From Macrostomum lignano (Eukaryota), in NCBI GenBank assembly GCA_002269645.1, contig NIVC01000622.1:124001-188000 (forward strand): a stretch of DNA of 64,000 bases, given 5' to 3'. Each line of letters opens with the position of its first letter. Within the stretch, counting starts at the first letter, position 1. The notes beneath the pieces are model-generated. The model made no database searches, was not told where the DNA came from, and saw only the letters and a list, made by a program, of their open reading frames with translations. A program made the position numbers and the translations under genes. This document shows, in pieces, positions 57,001 to 64,000 of the stretch.

Positions 57001-60000
57001 AGCCTCCCGTTGCTCATTAGTCTCTTCATTAGCCTCATTAGTCTCTTCATCAGTCTCTCATTAATCTTTTTCATTAGCCTCTCATTACTCATTAGTCTCT
57101 TCACTAGCCTCCCGTTGCTCATTAGTCTCTTCATTAGCCTCTCATTAGTCTCTTCATCAGTCTCTCATTAGTCTTCATTAGCCTCTCATTAGTCTCTTCA
57201 TTAGTCTCTCATTAATCTTTTTCATTAGTCTCTCGTTACTCATTAGTCTCTTTATTAGCCTCTCATTAGTCTCTTCATTAGTCTCTCCATTAGCCTCTCA
57301 TTAGTCTCTTCATTAGCCTCTCATTACTCATTAGTCTCTTTATTAGCTTCTCATTATTCTCTTCATTAGCCTCTCATTAGTCTCTCAATTAGCTTCTCAT
57401 TAGTCTCTTCATTAGCTTCTCATTACTTGATTCTTGATCAAGGCTCTCCACGGTAAAAGTTTGCCGATCCCTGATTTAGTGGCTAAAAAATATTTCGCAC
57501 ACACTTTCGAAAGTTAGACAGATAGTTACACTAGATCCTGACTGTATTAGCATTCCTTAATTTTATTCCAACTTTGTTTTAAAAACCGCTACCTTATTGT
57601 CATAGATTTATCGTAAGGCAAATAGTAAAAATATCACGTTTGACAAAAAACCAATCACGGCGAAGTGTCTCCATTATATACTAGCTGATGCATCAAAATT
57701 GCTTCATTTTATAGTCTACCTGTATGTAATATTGTGTCCAATGAATTTTTCATTGCACAAGCACCTTTGTCAAAATTAGTTTAAACAAGATAGTTTGGCA
57801 GACAGGTTGTGCTGCTAAAAGACACTATGCACCAAAAAATAGATTTTAATAAAGAAGTTTGGTTTGGCTTTTATTACTTTAGAGATGCTTTTATTTTGAT
57901 GCACGTTTCGCTTAATTATAATTATAGATTTTTAATATCTTTTATCTGACGGAGATGGGCAGTTAAGCTTAAAAATATAATATTGTGTGTGGGAATCCTT
58001 CCAACCTGAACAGGTCCCGAATGGACTGGGTAGATCCTTGTGACTCATTAGTCAGATCCCCATGACCCATCAGTCAGATCCCATTAACAAATTAGTCAGA
58101 TCCCTATGACTCATTAGTCAGATCCCATTGACAAATTAGTCAGATCCCTATGACTCATTAGTCAAATTCTCATGACACATTAGTCAGATCCCATGACCAA
58201 TTTGTTAGATTCCTATGACCCATTGGTCTGATCCCCATGACCCGTTGGTCCGATCTCTATGACCCGTTAGTCAGGTCCCCATGACCTATTAGTCAGGTCC
58301 CTATGACCCATTCGTCAGATCCCATGACCCATTTGTTAGATTCCTATGACCCGTTGGTCCGATCCCCATGACCCGTTGGTCCGATCTCTATGACCCGTTA
58401 GTCAGGTCCCCATGACCCATTGGTCCGATCTCCATGACCCGTTAGTCAGGTCCCCATGACCTATTAGTCAGGTCCCTATGACCCATTCGTCAGATCCCTA
58501 TGACCCATTAGTCAGATCCCTATGACCCATTCGTCAGATCCCTATGACCCATTAGTCAGATCCCTATGACCCCTTTGTCCGATCCCCATGACCCATTAGT
58601 CCGATCCCTATGACCTATAAGTCATTTACCCGTGGCCCGCCAGACTAGCTTTCACCTGAATCACATCAAACAGATTCAATGACGGAGTCGAGTCAGTGAC
58701 TTATTCAGCCAAATATTTATCTAATTCGGGAATATTATCCCACTACTGCACATGCAGGTTAGGAAGGAGAAATACTCCAAGAAGAAGAAGGACAGCCCAG
58801 GAGGCAAGAGTGGCGGCTGGTTCAGCGGCTGGTTCGGCGGCTCCTCAAAAGAGGAATCTGCTCAGGCGGGCCAGAGCGACAGCATTATCGACTCAGTTCG
58901 AGCCGAGTTCGAGCGCATGAGCCCGGAGGAGCGGGCCCAGCTGTACACCGTGGTCAACTACAAGGAGGACGCGCCGCAGCTGTCTTCGTTTCCGCGAAAC
59001 TACGAGGCCAGATCGATGAAATTCAATCTGGGCGGGCTGAACTTCCTGCTGCACGATGGGTGAGAGCTTTGACTTTTTTGACAGGTGGACAGAACTTTGA
59101 CCCATCAGACAGATCTTCACGATTGTCTATGACCTGTTAGTCAAATCCCCATGACCCATCTGGCAAATCCACATGACTCTTTATGACCCGTTAGTCCAAT
59201 CCCCATGACCCATCAGTCAGATCCACATGACTCTTTATGACCCGTTAGTCCCATCCCCATGACCCATCAGTCAGATCTACATGACTCTCTATGACCCGCT
59301 AGTCAAATCCCAATGATCCATCAGTCAGATCCATATGACTCTCTATGACCCGTTAGTCCCATCCCTATGACCCATAAGTCAGATCCACATTTTAGCGGAA
59401 TGGGCGCCCGCGCCTTCCCGCTGTGTCCCCTCCGGGACAGCCCTGCAACTAAGAGATCCACATGACTCTCTATAACCCGCTAGTCAAATCCCAATGACCC
59501 ATCAGTCAGATCCACATGACTCTCTATGACCCGTTAGTCCCATCCCCATGACTTATCAGGTCCATATGACTCTTTATGACCCGTTCGTCCCATCCCCATG
59601 ACCCATCCGGTAGATTCTTCTACATTGACCACGTTTTAATGCAAATTTTATGAAAAAATCAATCCTACACTTTATTACTTGTAGTTCTTCTAATGCCCCA
59701 AAATTTCGGTTTGCAGTGGTCAGCAGGTTTTGAAGTTTCAACTTCAAGGAGTGACCGCCAATCTGGGGCAGTACCCCTCCTCTGACTGTCTCAAGTGAGT
59801 ACAATCAGTTGCGTAATCTGTTTTTGATATTACTATAAATGATGATTAAAATTGGTTGAATGGTTTATTTCTTTGATTGAATGTGCTATTTCTATAATTG
59901 AGTGTGCCATTTCTATGATTGAGTGTGCCATTTCTATAATTGAGTGTGCCATTTCTATAATTGAGTGTGTGTCATTTATATGAAAATGTGTGTGTCATTT

Positions 60001-63000
60001 CTATGACTGAATGTGTCTCATTTCTATAATTGAGTGTGGTATTTAGTGCAGTGCCATATCCATGTCACTTTCGCCATTCATCACCCACCCCCCGCCCCCA
60101 GAGTCCAAGCCTTCATCAGCAGCGTCTCCCTCTGGGGCGCTGGCGCCGCCGGCTCCGCGCCCTGTATGATTCGCACCCTGGTGCAACAGCAGCAGCAGCG
60201 AGATGTACAGCCTTTCACCGTCGGCCGTAGCAGCATCGAGTCGGCCTCTAGCTCTGACGACACTGGGGACCGTCTGTTCCAACTCAACTTCGACATGAAC
60301 CCGTTCGATGCGACGGACAATGCGCAGACCGCCTCGTCCAGCTCGCCTTCGAGTGCCACGGCAACTAGTGAAGAGCAGAGCTCAGAGGCTCGCATTGTCA
60401 ATAACCGGATTAGATTGGTGGCCAATCCTGTGGAGATTATCTACGATGCGGTAAGTGTAGGATGCCTGAGCTTCAAGCATTTGGGATTTCTATTATTCTA
60501 TTATTCCCTCCAGGACCTTGTGATTCCCTCCAGGACCTTGTGATTTCTTCAAGGACCCTGTGATTCCCTCCAGGACATTGTGATTCCCTCCAGGACCCTG
60601 TGATTCCCTCCAGGACCCTGTGATTCCCTCCAGGACATTGTGATTCCCTCCAGGACCCTGTGATTCCCTCCAGGACCCTGTGATTCCCTCCAGGACCCTG
60701 TGATTCCCTCCAGGACCCTGTGATTCCCTTCAGAACATTGTGTTTCCTTCCAGGACCTTGTGATTCCCTCCAGAACATTGTGTTTCCTTCCAGGACATTT
60801 TGATTCCCTCCAGGACCCTGTGATTCCCTCCAGGTTATTGTGATTCCTTCCAGGACATTGCGATTCCCTCCAGGACCTTATTACTGTTCGGTTACTTAAG
60901 CTGGTACTCCAGAATTCAAGGCTCAAATCAAAATTTGTAACCCTTTACGCTCGTATATTAGCTCCTGAGCATTCAGATTCTAGATAGAGAAACTCTGATG
61001 AAAAGCATTGATTCGCCTTAAGTATGATTCCTTAATCTCGAATTCGAACGCCTCGCAACGCAGGAAACCGTAATAAAAATCGTGGACTTCCTCGAGCCCT
61101 CTGAGGAGATTCGATTCCGCGAGCTGTCAGCTGTGCTCAGCAACCAGCTTGAGTCCGTCAAAGGCATGACAGCCACGGGCCTGAAGCACATGATTGAGCA
61201 GAGGACTTACACGGATATCAGCGTTGACCTAAAGCCGAGCCATCTGATTCTGTCCGAGACTGGCCGGTATCAGCCTAGCGAAGGCAGCACCAAGCGCCTG
61301 CTGGTGTTCGACCTGGGTGAGCTGAGCATCCGGACTGAGCCGCCGCCGGATGTGTCCCTGCTGGACGCCACCGTCAGCACCGAGTCGCGCGTGTTGGACT
61401 TTGAAAAGATGAAGCACATCGCCTACGACTGCTTGAGAGTCCGGCTGTCCTCCATGCAGCTGCTGTTTGCTGACCGAGGCGACGACTGGCGTCAGTTTAG
61501 GAAGCAGGCAGCCGGCTCGCCCAATCACCTGCTGAAGCCGCTGGCTCTGGAGTTTGATCTGTACAAGTGCATGGTTACTACGGATCCCCGGCTGCCTAAG
61601 TGAGCTGGCGTGGGGAGATGGGCTGCGATTGTCTTGATGCTGAGATTGGAGAGCGGGGGAGGGAAAGAGTGGGAGAGGTGGAGGGAAAGAGTGGGAGGGG
61701 TAGAGGAAAAAAATGGGAGGGGTAGAGGGAAAGAGTGGGAGGGGTAGAGGGAAAGAGTGGGAGGGGTAGAGGGAAAGAGTGGGAGGGGTAGATGGAAAGA
61801 GTGGGAGGGGTAGAGGGAAAGAGTGGGAGGGGTAGAGGGAAAGAGTGGGAGGGGTAGAGGGAATGAGTGGGAGGGGTAGAGGGAAAGAGTGGATGAAGTG
61901 GAGGTAGAGAGCGAGAGAAGTGGAGGCAGAGAGCGGAAGAAGTGGAGGTAGAGAGCGGATGGATAGGTGGAGGGAAAGAGCGGATGAAGTGGAGGTAGAG
62001 AGCGAAAGAAGTGGAGGTAGAGAGCGGATGGATAGGTGGAGGGAAAGAGCGGATGAAGTGGAGAGAGAGAGCGGATGAAGTGGAGGTAGAGAGCGGAAGA
62101 AGTGGAGGTACAGAGCGGAAGAAGTGGAGGTAGAGAGCGGAAGAAGTGGAGGTAGAGAGCGGAAGAAGTGGAGGTAGAGAGCGGAAGAAGTGGAGGTAGA
62201 GAGCGGAAGAAGTGGAGGTAGAGAGCGGAAGAAGTGGAGGTAGAGAGCGGAAGAAGTGGAGGTAGAGAGCGGAAGAAGTGGAGGTAGAGAGCGGAAAGAG
62301 ACTGGGCAATCGGAAGGAACAAATAAAATGTGGAGTGACATGTAGCTGAGAACAAGTACAATTGGTCTCATTTTTCAAATAATAGTTTAAAGCACAAAAT
62401 GTACTTTTCGACTTTTCCTTTATTGTTTTTCTCCTATGGATCACAACGAAAAAAAATCAGTCAAAAATAGCGTTTAAGATTTTTGTAGTTTTGCCAACGA
62501 GAATAAAATTATATTTCACAGCTGTTTCAGTGCTAGAATTATAGCGTTGGAAATCGACAGCAAGTTAAGCATAAATTTAAAAAAAATGAATAATTGTTAT
62601 AAAGCCTGTTTGTTAGGGGTTTTAGACGCTCGTGCCATGTGCAGTATTGAACAGTATTAACATGCGGGTGTGGGTCTGGAAACCCCTGGAGCCTTGGCAA
62701 CACTGTGTCAGCCCTCCCCATGTGCTTTATATTGTTTTCTCTCTACAGCTCATAGTCTACTTAGAGGAAAGAGATTAAACTGTGCCAAGGAATATTAGCT
62801 AGAAAAATAAAGGTCTGGGGCAGAGAGAGGGAGAGAGAGAGATCAGAAAGTTATAGTAAATTTCCACACTGACACGCTTTCCATATTGTTTGACTGTCTT
62901 AGTTTTGTTTACTAGAATGTTCGTCTCTGGCCCTCACTACCTCTTACCGTCTGTGTATCAGTTTAACCTCAGTCTAAACCTATCTTATATGGCTAACTAG

Positions 63001-63875
63001 GCCATTGTTTTGAAGTGTGCTGGGTCAGGTGTATGGCCTGAAATTGCTGCACAAATATTTTCATTAATTTTCTAGCCTATTTTTAAACTACTTTAAGTAG
63101 ATTTAGTGCGTTTTTAATGCAAATCCTGTTCATGTGTTCGAAAGTATTATTGATAAATGTTTAATGCTAATGACCTCTTCAATTTCACTGATCTGGTTTA
63201 TTTACCAGATAGCACTCTGGAATCTAATCTCACTCTCTGATTGGAGTCTAATCTCACTCTCTGATTGGGGTATAATCTCTCTCTCTCTGATTGAAGTCTA
63301 ATCTCACTCTCTGATTGGACTCAATCTCACTCTCTGATTGGACTCAATCTCACTCTCTGATTGGACTCAATCTCACTCTCTGATTGGACTCAATCTCACT
63401 CTCAAATTGTAGTTTAATCTCAGTCTCTGAAAGATACTTAGTCTCACCATCTGGACGATACCTAATCTCACTCTGAAAGGTATCTAATCTCACTCTGAAA
63501 GGTATCTAATCTCACTCTGAAAGGTATCTAATCTCACTCTTTGATATCTAATCTCTCATAACCGCTCACAGGGTGAAGATTGTCGGCCAGCTGCCCTCGC
63601 TGATGCTGGAGTTGAGCGAGTCGCGAGCTCGCCAGCTCATCGAGCTGTTCAACGGCATCCAGTTTCCCAAGCCGACCTCAAAGCAGCTGCATTCGGACGT
63701 TGTTGACACAGCCGCTGCGGCAACCGCCACCACTTCCAGCTCGACGTCGGGTTCTTCGCCGTCCGACCGATCTTCTAAAGTGCGCGACGTACTTGATCCG
63801 AAATATCGACCATCTGACACGTTGGAAATCTCGGTGGCGGCCGATTCTGATGACGATGATGACGACGATTTTGAA
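40166..63875 (+). CDS. VPS13: Vacuolar protein sorting 13 (VPS13A/C-like lipid-transfer protein), 5' part, 11 exons; continues beyond window
   Basis: Chorein-N start MFEKLVVDLINRALGDYVENLDASQLNLSIWRG|DVRLENL..LKIPWKNLY; NLQVNVRNVHIRYED; KPISA; WRFAY; GWFSGWFGG; ANPVEIIYDA; DLKPSHLIL; DLGELSI. Exons 40166-40262, 48867-49093, 50949-51239, 52026-52160, 52486-52534, 52619-53085, 58758-59059, 59717-59794, 60102-60450, 61064-61599, 63572-63875 are all GT-AG and phase-consistent (2835 nt). Confidence 0.93.
42030..42797 (-). mobile_element. Penelope-like element 3' remnant (GIY-YIG endonuclease)
   Basis: GVVYQFQC..YLGKSKQHLYVRGREH..VVQDHL|MACSEC..LKIIEAMYIKNRQPTLNKQL once the MITE is removed. Confidence 0.8.
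42215..42629. mobile_element. MITE (415 bp) with ~36-bp imperfect TIRs and 8-bp TSD
   Basis: 5' GGTGTAGGACCAAGACTGCCACACACCAAGACTGCC versus reverse complement of the 3' end GGCGCATGACCAAGACCGCCATATACCAAGACCGCC. TSD CCATAAGA (42207-42214, 42630-42637). Confidence 0.85.
43712..43790. repeat. Interstitial telomere-like (CCCTAA)n tract
   Basis: CCCTAACCCTAACCCTAACCCTAA with degenerate flanks. Confidence 0.8.
44570..45790. repeat. Minisatellite, 21-23-bp unit TGACGCTTCTATGATTKTTTACA, with an internal inversion
   Basis: Direct reading; roughly 50 units. Confidence 0.95.
47044..47750. mobile_element. Putative MITE bounded by a perfect 17-bp inverted repeat
   Basis: CCCTATTGGAATAAGTT (47044) / AACTTATTCCAATAGGG (47734-47750). 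No TSD found. Confidence 0.45.
48867..49093 (+). CDS. VPS13: VPS13 exon 2
   Basis: CACAG| GDVRLENL..KIPWKNLY..QFDFE |GTAATG. Confidence 0.92.
49150..50815. repeat. Minisatellite, 21-bp unit GATATTACAGTTTCCCTGAAT
   Basis: Direct reading. It contains a higher-order block duplication and explains the heptad-repeat pseudo-ORFs on both strands. Confidence 0.97.
50949..51239 (+). CDS. VPS13: VPS13 exon 3
   Basis: CCCAG| SKMKK..NVHIRYED..LFHK |GTGAGT. Confidence 0.9.
51343..51720. repeat. Minisatellite, 20-bp telomere-like unit ATAACCCTAACCTAAATCCT
   Basis: Direct reading; degenerates 3'. Confidence 0.92.
52026..52160 (+). CDS. VPS13: VPS13 exon 4
   Basis: TTTCAG| LLDLKCLSVYYN..KLMLE |GTGAGT. 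Confidence 0.88.
52215..52465. repeat. Minisatellite, 21-bp unit TCAAATTCAAAGCTACAGTCC
   Basis: About 12 units, ending ~20 nt before the exon 5 acceptor. Confidence 0.95.
52486..52534 (+). CDS. VPS13: VPS13 exon 5 (49-nt mini-exon)
   Basis: CTACAG| EKMSQVFSNRKPNLQY |GTAAGT. Needed to bridge phase 0 to phase 1. Confidence 0.8.
52619..53085 (+). CDS. VPS13: VPS13 exon 6
   Basis: TTTCAG| IIKPISA..WRFAY..LAEGL |GTGAGT. Confidence 0.9.
53630..54790. repeat. Minisatellite, ~33-35-bp unit CAACAACAAGACGTCACAWYCAACTACAAATCAG
   Basis: Direct reading. Confidence 0.95.
55770..56200. repeat. CT-rich repeat with 11/33-bp periodicity (TATCTCTCTCC)
   Basis: Direct reading. Confidence 0.88.
56854..57473. 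mobile_element. hAT-type MITE (620 bp) whose interior is a CTCATTAGTCTCTT repeat array
   Basis: TIRs CAGGGGTCGGCGAAC / GTTTGCCGATCCCTG. Perfect 8-bp TSD ATTTAGTG (56846-56853, 57474-57481). Confidence 0.88.
58040..58620. repeat. Minisatellite, ~22-bp unit ATGACCCATTAGTCAGATCCCT (upstream of exon 7)
   Basis: Direct reading. Confidence 0.93.
58758..59059 (+). CDS. VPS13: VPS13 exon 7
   Basis: TGCAG| VRKEK..GWFSGWFGG..LLHD |GTGAGA. Confidence 0.88.
59090..59610. repeat. Same 22-bp minisatellite family with higher-order structure (downstream of exon 7)
   Basis: ATGACCCATCAGTCAGATCCAC alternating with ATGACTCTCT and ATGACCCGTTAGTCCCATCCCC. Confidence 0.9.
59717..59794 (+). CDS. VPS13: VPS13 exon 8
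   Basis: TTGCAG| GQQVLKFQL..GQYPSSDCL |GTGAGT, phase 2-2. Confidence 0.8.
59870..60030. repeat. Minisatellite, 21-bp unit ATTGAGTGTGCCATTTCTATA
   Basis: Direct reading. Confidence 0.88.
60102..60450 (+). CDS. VPS13: VPS13 exon 9
   Basis: CCCCAG| VQAFISSVSLWG..ANPVEIIYDA |GTAAGT. Confidence 0.88.
60500..60880. repeat. Minisatellite, 20-bp unit TGATTCCCTCCAGGACCCTG
   Basis: Direct reading; starts ~50 nt after the exon 9 donor. Confidence 0.93.
61064..61599 (+). CDS. VPS13: VPS13 exon 10
   Basis: CGCAG| ETVIKIVDF..DLGELSI..TDPRLP |GTGAGC. Confidence 0.9.
61625..62300. repeat. Purine-rich minisatellites, two successive 22-bp units (GTGGGAGGGGTAGAGGGAAAGA then AGTGGAGGTAGAGAGCGGAAGA)
   Basis: Direct reading. 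Confidence 0.93.
63215..63560. repeat. Minisatellite, 22-23-bp units AATCTCACTCTCTGATTGGACTC / TAATCTCACTCTGAAAGGTATC
   Basis: Direct reading; ends ~12 nt before the exon 11 acceptor. Confidence 0.9.
63572..63875 (+). CDS. VPS13: VPS13 exon 11
   Basis: CACAG| VKIVGQLPSL..DDDDFE |GTAATT (donor tentative). Confidence 0.82.
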
Positions 63876-64000
63876 GTAATTTTTTTGGGGTGATAATTGT
63901 TGCTGTCCTCAATTTTAGTTCTTTTGACATGCTTTAGATGACGAGGCATTTGCCTATTTAAATGTAGTTATAGTTACTCCCGCCGTTTACCTACGTTTAG

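Noticed and set aside
61229-62444. 280-380-aa Pro/Ser/Leu-rich minus-strand ORFs
   Set aside because: Translations of 22-bp purine-rich intronic repeats plus the antisense of VPS13 exon 10.

Overview
Eukaryotic (metazoan) genomic DNA with GC-rich exons and TEs in an AT-rich background. A free-living flatworm such as Macrostomum is my guess from sequence style and is not verified. (1) 1-28.2 kb is a tandem segmental-duplication array. It holds four apparently intact two-exon genes for small secreted WSC + PAN/apple-like proteins (minus strand), interleaved with decayed copies of a probable BTB(-BACK) gene. One repeat unit lacks the WSC gene. The array is interrupted by a truncated Gypsy, tRNA-head SINEs, a deleted BEL/Pao element with a nested solo LTR, a Ngaro/DIRS remnant and an orphan block with a PC4-like ORF. 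(2) 28.2-38.4 kb is a nested retroelement stack: two Gypsy elements fused in frame, and an RTE LINE inserted in one of them with a 12-bp TSD. (3) 40.2-64 kb is the 5' part of a VPS13 (A/C-like) gene, with 11 exons reconstructed in phase (945 codons) that continue beyond the window. Its introns carry a Penelope remnant, MITEs, a long-TIR element and about ten sequence-unrelated minisatellites whose periods converge on 20-23 bp (two at about 33 bp). No CRISPR, rRNA or bona fide tRNA genes were seen. All domain calls are motif recognition by eye, with no database searches.
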